Shown here: positions 39,599 to 48,553 of the stretch, piece after piece
Position numbering within the stretch: position 1 is the first letter of the stretch
Layout: every line of letters begins with the position of its first letter
NCBI GenBank assembly: GCA_001779315.1
Contig: MFJU01000025.1
Span: 1-54,395, forward strand
Length of the DNA stretch: 54,395 nt
Source: Candidatus Gottesmanbacteria bacterium RIFCSPLOWO2_01_FULL_42_22
Lineage (GTDB): Bacteria; Patescibacteriota; Microgenomatia; 2-02-FULL-39-11
Direction: 5' to 3'
The notes under the pieces: generated by a model
What the model saw: only the letters and a program-made list of their open reading frames with translations
What the model was told of the DNA's origin: nothing
Databases searched by the model: none
Program-made: the position numbers and the translations under genes

Positions 39599-41407
39599 AT
39601 GTGCGGAATATTCGGATATATCGGAAAAGGAAAGAATGTCCCCCAACTGGTTTTAGCAGGACTAAAAAGCCTGGAATACCGCGGTTATGACTCCTGGGGT
39701 ATAGCTTCACTGGATAAACAAGGCAGGATAAGGATAAAGAAAAAAACCGGCAAAATCGGAGAAAATAATGTGGAAACTTTGCCCGACAATGGTATGGCTT
39801 TGGGACATACACGCTGGGCTACCCACGGCGGAGTCACCGTTGCCAATGCCCATCCCCATCTGGATTGCAGCGGTAAAATCACAGTAATTCATAATGGCAT
39901 AATTGAAAATTATCTGGAGCTGAAAAAACCCCTGATTAAAAAAGGCCATATATTCCGTTCAGAGACTGATACAGAGGTCGCTGTCCATTTGATAGAAGAT
40001 ATACTGGCTGATCATAAAAAGAATTCCGTTAAGACGGTAAAAGAAGACTTTGCTGAAAGTGTCAGATTGGCTTTTAAGAAAATGAGCGGACTGAATGCCA
40101 TAATTGTTATGGAAGCCGGTAGTCAAGTCTTTGTCGCAGCTAAAAACGGCAGTCCGTTAACAATCGGCCGGGGAACAGTTCAAAACGAAGAAAATTTACT
40201 GGCTTCAGATGCACATGCGATTCTCCCCTTTACCCGAGATCTCTATTTTATGGAGGATGATGAAGTGGTTACTGTCGGCCGGAAAGAAATTACTGTCCGG
40301 AAATTAGCAGACGGTACAAAGAAGCAAATAAAATTCCAGCAGGTCAATTGGCAGATTCGGGAGGAAGTAAAGGGTAAATTTACTCATTTCATGCTGAAGG
40401 AAATTTATGACCAGATAAAAGTATTGCAATCGGTGGCAAGTGCCGATAAGGTTGAACTTTCAAAATTGGCGGCCCTTATTGCCAAATCTTACGGTACTTA
40501 TATGATCGGCTGCGGTACGGCAGCTTATGCCTGTTTGGCCGGTACTTATATTTTTTCCAAAATAGCCAAAAAACACGTCAATTTCTCCATAGCCAGCGAA
40601 TTCGGATATTTGCTTGATTTTTTGACAAAGCAAAGCCTGGTTATCGGTTTATCGCAATCCGGTGAAACTATTGATCTTTTGGACAGTTTAAAAAAAGCCA
40701 AGGAAAAAGGAGCAACCATCGTCGCCCTGGTTAACGTGCTGGGTTCCAGCCTCTATCGTCTGTCAGATCATAAATTACTTCTCCAAGCCGGATCGGAAAA
40801 AGCGGTCGTATCAACTAAAGCTTTTACCGCTAAATTAGCTTATCTTATGATGCTGGCTTATATCTTGGCCGGTAAGGCAGAATTAGGAAAGAATTATTTA
40901 CTGAAGGCAGTACAGGCAGTCGAGGCCATTTTAAAGTCAGACTTCCAACAAAAAATAATTAACTTAGCCCAAAAATTAGCTTCCCGTCAGCATATTTATC
41001 TTATTGGCCGGGGTATTTCCTATCCGATAGCTTTGGAATCTGCCCTTAAAATTAAGGAAGCATCCTATATCCATGCTGAAGGATTTGCCGGAGGGGAATT
41101 AAAGCACGGAGTAATCGCTCTGATTGAAAAAAACACCCCCTGCATCGGTTTTTTGCCTAATGATGAATCATATAATGATACCCTGTCGGGACTGATGGAA
41201 ATGAAATCCCGGGGAGGCATGATAATCGGAGTAAGTTTCCGCCATCACGAAATATTCGATGAATATCTGCCGGTTTCTGACTGCGGCATAGCTTCAGCCA
41301 TACCCAATGCCGTTGCCGGTCAACTTTTAGGTTACTATTTGACTGTCCAAAAAGGTGTCGATCCTGACAAACCGCGCAACCTGGCCAAATCAGTGACCGT
41401 CAAGTAA
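39599..41407 (+). CDS. glmS: Glutamine--fructose-6-phosphate transaminase
   Basis: MCGIFG, EYRGYDS, GHTRWATHG, HNGIIEN, SQSGET, ELKHG, PRNLAKSVT. Confidence 0.97.
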   Translation: MCGIFGYIGKGKNVPQLVLAGLKSLEYRGYDSWGIASLDKQGRIRIKKKTGKIGENNVETLPDNGMALGHTRWATHGGVTVANAHPHLDCSGKITVIHNGIIENYLELKKPLIKKGHIFRSETDTEVAVHLIEDILADHKKNSVKTVKEDFAESVRLAFKKMSGLNAIIVMEAGSQVFVAAKNGSPLTIGRGTVQNEENLLASDAHAILPFTRDLYFMEDDEVVTVGRKEITVRKLADGTKKQIKFQQVNWQIREEVKGKFTHFMLKEIYDQIKVLQSVASADKVELSKLAALIAKSYGTYMIGCGTAAYACLAGTYIFSKIAKKHVNFSIASEFGYLLDFLTKQSLVIGLSQSGETIDLLDSLKKAKEKGATIVALVNVLGSSLYRLSDHKLLLQAGSEKAVVSTKAFTAKLAYLMMLAYILAGKAELGKNYLLKAVQAVEAILKSDFQQKIINLAQKLASRQHIYLIGRGISYPIALESALKIKEASYIHAEGFAGGELKHGVIALIEKNTPCIGFLPNDESYNDTLSGLMEMKSRGGMIIGVSFRHHEIFDEYLPVSDCGIASAIPNAVAGQLLGYYLTVQKGVDPDKPRNLAKSVTVK

Positions 41408-41414
41408 TATCTTT

Positions 41415-42143
41415 ATGAGCATGAAACGCCCTCTGGTCATTCTTCACGGTTGGAATTTGTCAGCAGCAAAATTTATTCCACTTTCCCGTGAATTAAAAAA
41501 GTTAGGCTACCGCATTTATGTGCCGGACCTGCCGGGTTTTGGTAAAAATCAAAAAGTGGAAAAACCCCTGAATCTATCTGATTATGCCATTTTTGTCGAA
41601 GCATATCTCAAAAAGCATAAAATTTCAAAAGCCGTCATTATAGGCCACTCATTCGGCGGTCGGATTGCCTTAAAAATGGCTGCCGCAAAGAACGGCAATC
41701 TGGTTGCCCTGGTTTTAACAGGCACTCCCGGTTTTTTACCGCTGCCGAAAATAAAAGTGTTATTTTTCATGCTATTAGCGAAAATTGGGGGTTTGTTTTT
41801 CTCATTGCCCATTATTAACCGCTTGGATCGTATAATGAGAAAAATTCTATATAGAACTGCCGGAGCCTCTGATTTTTACCATACCAAAGAGAATATGCGG
41901 CAGACATTTAAAAATATCGTCAGGGAGGAGCTCTCTCCCTATCTTAAAAAGATCAATACCCCGACACTTTTGCTTTGGGGAAGAGATGACGGGATAGTCC
42001 CGCTTTCGGTCGCTTTCAGGATGTCAAAAACCATCTCCCGGGTCCAATTGCAGATTATCAATGAGGCAAAGCATGGCGTCCCATGGACACATCCTGAAGA
42101 ATTCAGCCGTCACCTCGACCGCTTTCTTAAAAAGTATGCATAA
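41415..42143 (+). CDS. Alpha/beta-fold hydrolase
   Basis: LHGW, DLPGFG, GHSFGG nucleophile elbow, WGRDD, KHG. Confidence 0.9.
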   Translation: MSMKRPLVILHGWNLSAAKFIPLSRELKKLGYRIYVPDLPGFGKNQKVEKPLNLSDYAIFVEAYLKKHKISKAVIIGHSFGGRIALKMAAAKNGNLVALVLTGTPGFLPLPKIKVLFFMLLAKIGGLFFSLPIINRLDRIMRKILYRTAGASDFYHTKENMRQTFKNIVREELSPYLKKINTPTLLLWGRDDGIVPLSVAFRMSKTISRVQLQIINEAKHGVPWTHPEEFSRHLDRFLKKYA

Positions 42144-43710
42144 AGTAATCGCTTTTGCCGTAATTTTAGCTTACCTGGTTAAAACATTAAGATATTCAGC
42201 ATATCTGGTTTTTCTCTGGCAAAAGCGCGAATACCGTCTCGACCGCATGCGATCCCATCTTAAAACTCCTCTGGGTCAGAAGCTGGTTATCGGATTTTTA
42301 CCGATTTTTAAATGGACGCTGTTTCTGATATTTCTGATTGTACGTCAAAGCGAAGTCACGATAAGCATTTTTTGGCTTTTCTGGCTGTTGTGGATATTTG
42401 AAGCTGTTTTATGCATCAGGGAATTTTTAAAAGGAGGTTGGCGCTGGCCGGAATTTACAGTTAAAGCATTATTGATTTTATCGGTTGCCTTAAGCATACA
42501 ATTTTTTCCCATATTATCTGAAGGTTGGTTAACACCGCTCTTTTGGGCTCCTTTTCTTGACCGCTTGACCGGGCCATTGATCGTTGCTTTAGTAATTATG
42601 TCTAATTTGCCATCAAATTTTATAAAGGAATTTATCATTCTCCGGGCGCGCCATAAAATCAGTAAACTTTCGCTGCTTAAAACAATTGCCATTACCGGAA
42701 GCACGGGAAAAACTTCAACCAAAGAATTTTTGAAGCAGATTCTTTCAAAAAAATTTAATACTGCGGCAACAGGCGGCAGTACCAATACGGAAATCGGTAT
42801 AGCTAAAATTATCAATGATGATTTAACTAATGAAACTGATGTTTTTATTGCCGAAACCGGGGCCTACTGTGAAGGAGAACTTGCCAAAATAGGCAGACTG
42901 ATAAAGCCGCAAATTGCCGTTATTACAACAATCAGTAACCAGCATCTAGATCTGTTCGGGACAATAGACAAAACAAGCAGGGCAAAATTTGAGCTTATTG
43001 AAAGTCTGCCTGAAAACGGTCTGGCTGTTTTTAACGGTGCCAATAAATATGCGTTAAAGATGGCTGAAAAATCCGGAAAACTCGGCTTGTCCGTTATTAA
43101 AGTCAGAGTTGAAGATGAGTTTAAGAAAATAAAGGCATCTGAAGATAATTTGGAATTTACCTTAAAAGAATCCGGATTCAGCCTTAAAATAAATATTTTA
43201 GGAGAACATAACCTGATGAATTTGGCTTTAGCAGTCTGTGTAGCCCGGCAACTGGGCTTATCTGGCACGGATATTGCTGCCGGCTTAAGGGAAATCAAAT
43301 CTGTCGAAAAAACCCTTAAAAAAGTATTTAAGTCCCGCCAGCTTTCCGTAATTGATGATACTTTTAATGTTAGCGAAGAAGGTTTATTGGCCGCCGGCCA
43401 ATACGCGCAAAAATATAACGGACATAAATATCTTGTATTAACGCCTTTGATTGAATTAGGAAATGAGGCAAGCAGTGTTCACCGGAAGCTGGGTCAGATA
43501 TTAGGTGATACTTTTAATAAAATACTTATAACGAACCGGAACTATCTGGCAGATCTGAAATCGGGCAGTGATACGCCCGAAAATATTAAATTAGTCACAC
43601 TTCAGGATCTGGACATTATAAAGCAGAAAACACCGGCTGATTCCGTCATTATTTTCGAAGGCAAGGAAGCGGAAAAATGGCTTAAACTTTTATCAAAGTC
43701 CTTTATATGA
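42136..43710 (+). CDS. murF: MurF-like ligase with an N-terminal multi-TM domain
   Basis: ITGSTGKTSTKE, NTEIG, QHL, IDDTFN, IELG; about 160 hydrophobic N-terminal residues; ATG 42136 overlaps the hydrolase stop. Confidence 0.75.
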   Translation: MHKVIAFAVILAYLVKTLRYSAYLVFLWQKREYRLDRMRSHLKTPLGQKLVIGFLPIFKWTLFLIFLIVRQSEVTISIFWLFWLLWIFEAVLCIREFLKGGWRWPEFTVKALLILSVALSIQFFPILSEGWLTPLFWAPFLDRLTGPLIVALVIMSNLPSNFIKEFIILRARHKISKLSLLKTIAITGSTGKTSTKEFLKQILSKKFNTAATGGSTNTEIGIAKIINDDLTNETDVFIAETGAYCEGELAKIGRLIKPQIAVITTISNQHLDLFGTIDKTSRAKFELIESLPENGLAVFNGANKYALKMAEKSGKLGLSVIKVRVEDEFKKIKASEDNLEFTLKESGFSLKINILGEHNLMNLALAVCVARQLGLSGTDIAAGLREIKSVEKTLKKVFKSRQLSVIDDTFNVSEEGLLAAGQYAQKYNGHKYLVLTPLIELGNEASSVHRKLGQILGDTFNKILITNRNYLADLKSGSDTPENIKLVTLQDLDIIKQKTPADSVIIFEGKEAEKWLKLLSKSFI

Positions 43711-44966
43711 AGCTGTTTGACAGACCATTAACAATTTCTTTATCGCCGAATCTTGAAAAGGATGACATTCTTCTGGCTTTATCCGTACTTTTAAATTTAA
43801 GGCATTGGCAGCATGGCAATCATATCAAACAAGCAGAAAACTGGTTTAAGGAATATTTTAAGACAAAGGAAGTTTTTTCCTTTAATTCAGGCAGAAGCGC
43901 CCTTTATTTTATTTTAAAGGCTTTCGGCATTGAAAAAGATGATGAGGTTATCATCCAGGCTTTTACCTGTGTGGCAGTGCCCGAGCCGCTTATTTGGCTG
44001 GGAGCAAAACCAATCTACGCCGATATTGACCAATCTTTAAATATTGATCCCGGGCTTTTGGAAAAGCTTATCACTCCAAAAACGAGGGTAATTATTGTTC
44101 AGCATACTTTTGGAGTGCCGGCAAATATAAACGCGATCAAAAAAATTACCCGGAAATATAATTTGAGATTGATAGAAGACTGTTGTCATGCTTTAGGAGC
44201 TGAATATGAAAATAAAAAAACCGGTACTTTTGGCGATGCGGCTTTTTTTTCCTTCGGCCGCGATAAAGTGGTTTCATCGGTTTTTGGAGGAATGGCTATT
44301 TTTCCCAAAAAATATAAAAAAATATATTCTTATGCTCCGAGGGAGCTATACGGGCAAATAAGGATGCCGGTCAGGAAATGGATTTTAAAGCAGCTTTTGC
44401 ACCCGCTAATATTCTCATTGGTTTTGCCGTTATACAACCTTGGTTTAGGAAAATTAATTTTAGCTCTCGCTTTGAAAATGGGAATTATTGTCAAACCGCT
44501 TGAGGAAGCGGAATTATCAGGCGGACATCCTGCGCATTTTCCGGCTCTTTTACCTAATGCTTTGGCTGTTATGATTGTTAACCAGCTTAAAAAATTGGAG
44601 AGATTCAACCGCCACCGGCAAACTTTAGCCACTGTTTATGCCCATAAATTGAAAGACTCAGTCAAAATAAAACTGCCTGCGGCAAATAGCGGAGCCATTT
44701 ATCTGCGCTATAATATATTTCATCCGCAGGCAAATAATCTTTTGAAATTGTTCAAGGAGAAAGAGAAGATTATCCTGGGAAATTGGTATAAAAGCATCAT
44801 TGATCCTGAAGGCGTAAATAAGGGGAAAGTGGGATACACTCCTCATTTATGCAAAAATGCGGAAGAAGCCGCGGAATTAAGCTTAAATTTACCTACCTGT
44901 CCTACCCTTAAAAAAGAGCAGGCGGAAAAAATAGCTGACCTTTTATTGAAATATGAAAATCATTGA
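43707..44966 (+). CDS. DegT/DnrJ/EryC1/StrS-family PLP-dependent aminotransferase
   Basis: NSGRSAL, GAKPIYADID, IEDCCHALG, SFGRDK (PLP lysine), LNLP. Confidence 0.88.
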   Translation: MKLFDRPLTISLSPNLEKDDILLALSVLLNLRHWQHGNHIKQAENWFKEYFKTKEVFSFNSGRSALYFILKAFGIEKDDEVIIQAFTCVAVPEPLIWLGAKPIYADIDQSLNIDPGLLEKLITPKTRVIIVQHTFGVPANINAIKKITRKYNLRLIEDCCHALGAEYENKKTGTFGDAAFFSFGRDKVVSSVFGGMAIFPKKYKKIYSYAPRELYGQIRMPVRKWILKQLLHPLIFSLVLPLYNLGLGKLILALALKMGIIVKPLEEAELSGGHPAHFPALLPNALAVMIVNQLKKLERFNRHRQTLATVYAHKLKDSVKIKLPAANSGAIYLRYNIFHPQANNLLKLFKEKEKIILGNWYKSIIDPEGVNKGKVGYTPHLCKNAEEAAELSLNLPTCPTLKKEQAEKIADLLLKYENH

Positions 44967-45969
44967 AATTAAAAAGAAGGAAGATTGGGAAAATTTCATA
45001 AGAAATAATTCTCCCCAAGCTCTGTTTTCATCCTGGAGTTGGGGTAAGGTTTCAAAGTATACCTATTCGCGGCATGAAGCTGATTTTATCAGGTTGGGTT
45101 TAATCGACAAGGAATTAAACGGGATTTGCCAAATCCAAAAAATCAGCGCCAGGCGCGCAGCTTTCCTTCATTTAAGACATGGGCCAATCCTGTCAAAGTG
45201 GACGGAGGAGCGCTTTAAATTTCTATTGGAAAATGTTGTTGATTATGCCCGGAAGCTGAAGGTTTCTTTTATCAGAATCAGTCCTTTGATTGATGATAAC
45301 CAAACCAACCGAAATTTTTTCCGTTTATTCGGTTTCCGCCCCAGTCCCATCCACCGTATGGACGGGGAGGTCTGCTGGGTTTTAGATTTGAATCTGCCAG
45401 AAAACCAGCTTTTATTGAATATGCGTAAAACTACCAGATATCTGATCAGGACTGCCGGAAAATGCGCGGTCAGCATAGTTAAAACGACCAATGAAGAGCG
45501 CCTGAAAAATTTCCTGAAACTTTATTCCCTTACCGCCAGGCGGCAAAAATTTATCGGACATGAAGGAATAAGGGAAGAATTCAGGCAGTTTGTCAAAGAT
45601 AATCAAATTATGATTTTCGAAGGTTACTATCAAAAACAGCTTTTATCATCAGCCCTGATAATCTTTTATAACCGCCAGGCAATTTACCATCACAGCGCCT
45701 CCATACCCAGCAAGATTCCGGTAAATTATCTGTTGCAATGGGAAGTCATTCTGGAGGCAAAAAGAAGAGGCATGTCCGTATATAATTTCTGGGGTATTGC
45801 TCCTGAGGGCAAGCCAAGACATCCCTGGAGGAATTTGTCCCTGTTTAAAAAAGGCTTTGGAGGGAGAGAGGTAAATTATCTCCATTCGCAGGATTTACCA
45901 GTAAATAATTTCAAATACCGTATAAATTATTTAATTGAAAGTTACCGAAAAATAAGCAAGGGTTATTAA
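44953..45969 (+). CDS. FemABX-family aminoacyl-tRNA-dependent peptidyltransferase
   Basis: SWSWG, RHGP, VLDL, RKTTRYLIR, LQWEVI, YNFWGI, FKKGFGG. Confidence 0.88.
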   Translation: MKIIEIKKKEDWENFIRNNSPQALFSSWSWGKVSKYTYSRHEADFIRLGLIDKELNGICQIQKISARRAAFLHLRHGPILSKWTEERFKFLLENVVDYARKLKVSFIRISPLIDDNQTNRNFFRLFGFRPSPIHRMDGEVCWVLDLNLPENQLLLNMRKTTRYLIRTAGKCAVSIVKTTNEERLKNFLKLYSLTARRQKFIGHEGIREEFRQFVKDNQIMIFEGYYQKQLLSSALIIFYNRQAIYHHSASIPSKIPVNYLLQWEVILEAKRRGMSVYNFWGIAPEGKPRHPWRNLSLFKKGFGGREVNYLHSQDLPVNNFKYRINYLIESYRKISKGY

Positions 45970-45986
45970 ATCTGCCGTAATTTAGC

Positions 45987-45992
45987 TATAAT
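45987..45992 (+). promoter_or_regulatory. Putative -10 box for a leaderless dgkA transcript
   Basis: TATAAT 7 nt before ATG 46000. Confidence 0.55.
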
Positions 45993-45999
45993 AGGACAT

Positions 46000-46368
46000 A
46001 TGAAGAAATTAAGGGAGCATCATATCTCCTTTAAAAATGCCCTCAACGGCCTCAGGTGGTCATTTTCCAGCCAGCCTAATTTCGCGGTCCATTTTATATT
46101 ATCAGCCTTTGTACTTTTCCTAGCCTGGTTTTTACGGATAGAGACGCTGGAAATTCTGGTTATTATTATGGTGATTGTTTTCGGATTAGGGGCGGAAATG
46201 GTCAATACCGCCATTGAAGCCATGACGGACATGATTACCAGGGAGTGGAGGCAGGAAGCTAAAATCGCCAAAGACGTGGCAGCCGGCATGATGCTCTTGT
46301 ACGCCATCGGAGCCTTTATTGTCGGAGCATTTATCTTCCTACCTCGCCTGGCCGGCCTGATTTTATAG
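46000..46368 (+). CDS. dgkA: DgkA-family kinase (probably undecaprenol kinase)
   Basis: SFKNALNG, EMVNTAIE, AKIAKDVAAG; three TMs. Confidence 0.9.
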   Translation: MKKLREHHISFKNALNGLRWSFSSQPNFAVHFILSAFVLFLAWFLRIETLEILVIIMVIVFGLGAEMVNTAIEAMTDMITREWRQEAKIAKDVAAGMMLLYAIGAFIVGAFIFLPRLAGLIL

Positions 46369-46381
46369 GAAAACAGATCTT

Positions 46382-47419
46382 ATGGGTTTTATTCTCGGCG
46401 TTCTTATTTTATCTTTTTTAGTCAATGCGGTCACTATAGTGCCGTTTATCAACCTGTTATATAAAATTAAATTTAAGCGCCAGAAGCAGGAAACCCGCGA
46501 TGCCCTCAACAAGCCGACTCCTATTTTCGATATGTACAACCGCAAGAAAGCCGGTACTCCAATAGGCGGAGGATTTCTTTTAATTATCAATACAACCCTG
46601 ATTTACATTCTGAGTTTTCCCTATATGTATTATTTCTGGCTGCCTGTTTATTCCGTCTATCCCAATATAACTTCCGAAATTAAAATATTGCTTTTCGGGT
46701 TTATATCATTCGGACTGATCGGACTTTACGATGACATTAAAAAGATATTTTTCGGCCGCCAAGAAAATTTTTTTGGTCTAAGATTAAGACACAAGCTTTT
46801 TTTGGAAATCATCCTGTCGCTTTTGATCGCCTGGTGGCTGTATGCGGAATTAAAAATATCCATCATTAATTTTCCCTTTCACGGAATGATTGATCTGGGT
46901 GTTTTTTATATTTTATTTGCGGCTTTTGTGGTTGTGGCTTTTGCCAATGCCTACAATATTACGGACGGTCTGGACGGTTTGGCAACAGGCATCCTGCTGA
47001 TAGCTCTTTTGGCTTTTTGGGTGATATCAGGTTCTATTTTGGATACTCCGATGACTCTTTTTATTGCCAGCTGGCTGGGCAGTATTTTGGCATTCCTCTA
47101 TTTTAACGTTTATCCTGCCAGGATTTTCCTGGGAGATGTAGGCGCATTATCCTTCGGAGCCACCTTTGCCGTAGTCGGATTAATGCTGGGCAAGACTTTC
47201 TCACTTATTATCATCGGCGGTATTTTTGTCCTGGAAATATTTACTTCCTTAATTCAACTCTTAAGCAAAAAATACCTGGGAAAAAAAGTCATGAAAGTTG
47301 CTCCGTTCCACCTCTGGCTTCAATCGCGCGGCTGGCATGAATCTACTATCGTTTTGAGGGCGTGGCTGGCAACCATTGTCATGGCCATCGTCGGTTTATG
47401 GTTGGCTTTTATCACCTGA
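46382..47419 (+). CDS. mraY: Phospho-MurNAc-peptide transferase
   Basis: KAGTPIGGG, GLYDD, NAYNITDGLDGL, FNVYPARIFLGDVG, APFH. Confidence 0.9.
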   Translation: MGFILGVLILSFLVNAVTIVPFINLLYKIKFKRQKQETRDALNKPTPIFDMYNRKKAGTPIGGGFLLIINTTLIYILSFPYMYYFWLPVYSVYPNITSEIKILLFGFISFGLIGLYDDIKKIFFGRQENFFGLRLRHKLFLEIILSLLIAWWLYAELKISIINFPFHGMIDLGVFYILFAAFVVVAFANAYNITDGLDGLATGILLIALLAFWVISGSILDTPMTLFIASWLGSILAFLYFNVYPARIFLGDVGALSFGATFAVVGLMLGKTFSLIIIGGIFVLEIFTSLIQLLSKKYLGKKVMKVAPFHLWLQSRGWHESTIVLRAWLATIVMAIVGLWLAFIT

Positions 47420-47438
47420 AGCGGAGGCTTTATTTAAG

Positions 47439-48551
47439 ATGTATCTTCCTGGAAATGTCAAATTTTTCCGGCAGGAAAAAAAAATAGATTTTCTGCTGTT
47501 GGCTCTGGCGGTACTTTTTACCGCTTTTGGCTTGCTGATGGTCTATGAAGCTTCAAATATTCCCGCTTTTGAAACTTTCGGCAATAAATACCATTATGTC
47601 TCGGATCAATTTACTTCAAGCCTGATAGGCATAGGTGTTCTGGCGGCGGTTTACTTTTTTCCCCATAAAAAATATCTTCAGTTATCAGTGCCTCTTCTTT
47701 TGATTACCATTTTAAGTTTGGCAGCCGTTTTAATACCGGGTTTGGGTCTGAAGATTCTGGGAGCCAGGCGCTGGCTTAATTTGGGATTTATCAGCTTTCA
47801 GCCCTCGGAACTGGCAAAATTAACTTTGATTATTTATCTGGCATCGTGGTTGACCTCAAAGGAAAAAGGCAGGCTATTTTCTTTTGTTATCCTCCTGTCA
47901 ATCATTGTGGGTTTGGTGATGCTGCAACCCGATCTGGGCACGGCTATTATTTTAACAGCTATTTTCCTGACGGTTTATTTCGTCTCTGCCGCGCCCTGGT
48001 GGCAATTTGTTCTGCTTTTACCCGGAGCCCTTATAGCTGTTTTGATTATGAGTATAATCTCCCCCTACCGCTATCAGCGCCTGATGACTTTTTTTAATCC
48101 CAATATTGATCCTTTAGGCTCTTCCTATCATATCCGTCAAATATTAATTTCGTTAGGGTCGGGAGGACTGAGCGGATTGGGTTTGGGCGCTTCGCGCCAA
48201 AAATACCAATATCTGCCGGAAGCGACAACCGATTCCATTTTCGCGATTATCGGTGAAGAACTCGGCTTTCTCGGTACTGCCTTTTTGATTTTTCTCTATT
48301 TAGTTTTTCTTTACCATATTTTCCGGATTGTCAGAAATGCCCCTGATAAAATGTCATTCCTTTTGGGAAGCGGCATCCTGGCTTTTTTCGGGTTCCAGAT
48401 TATTGTCAATTTGGGCTCAATGGTTGCTCTCCTGCCTTTAACCGGTGTCCCTTTGCCTTTTATTTCATACGGCGGCTCCAGTCTGGTTGTTTCCTTGGCT
48501 TGTGTCGGTATTATATTAAATATCTCTAGGCAGATAGTCAGAAAAAAATAG
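47439..48551 (+). CDS. ftsW: SEDS peptidoglycan polymerase FtsW
   Basis: GARRWL, FQPSELAK, QPDLGT, YLPEATTDSIF, GVPLPFISYGGSS; ATG 47439 follows GGAGG. Confidence 0.95.
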   Translation: MYLPGNVKFFRQEKKIDFLLLALAVLFTAFGLLMVYEASNIPAFETFGNKYHYVSDQFTSSLIGIGVLAAVYFFPHKKYLQLSVPLLLITILSLAAVLIPGLGLKILGARRWLNLGFISFQPSELAKLTLIIYLASWLTSKEKGRLFSFVILLSIIVGLVMLQPDLGTAIILTAIFLTVYFVSAAPWWQFVLLLPGALIAVLIMSIISPYRYQRLMTFFNPNIDPLGSSYHIRQILISLGSGGLSGLGLGASRQKYQYLPEATTDSIFAIIGEELGFLGTAFLIFLYLVFLYHIFRIVRNAPDKMSFLLGSGILAFFGFQIIVNLGSMVALLPLTGVPLPFISYGGSSLVVSLACVGIILNISRQIVRKK

Positions 48552-48553
48552 TT

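Noticed and set aside
39560-39600. glmS ribozyme
   Set aside because: glmS starts 2 nt after the upstream stop, so there is no leader to hold it.
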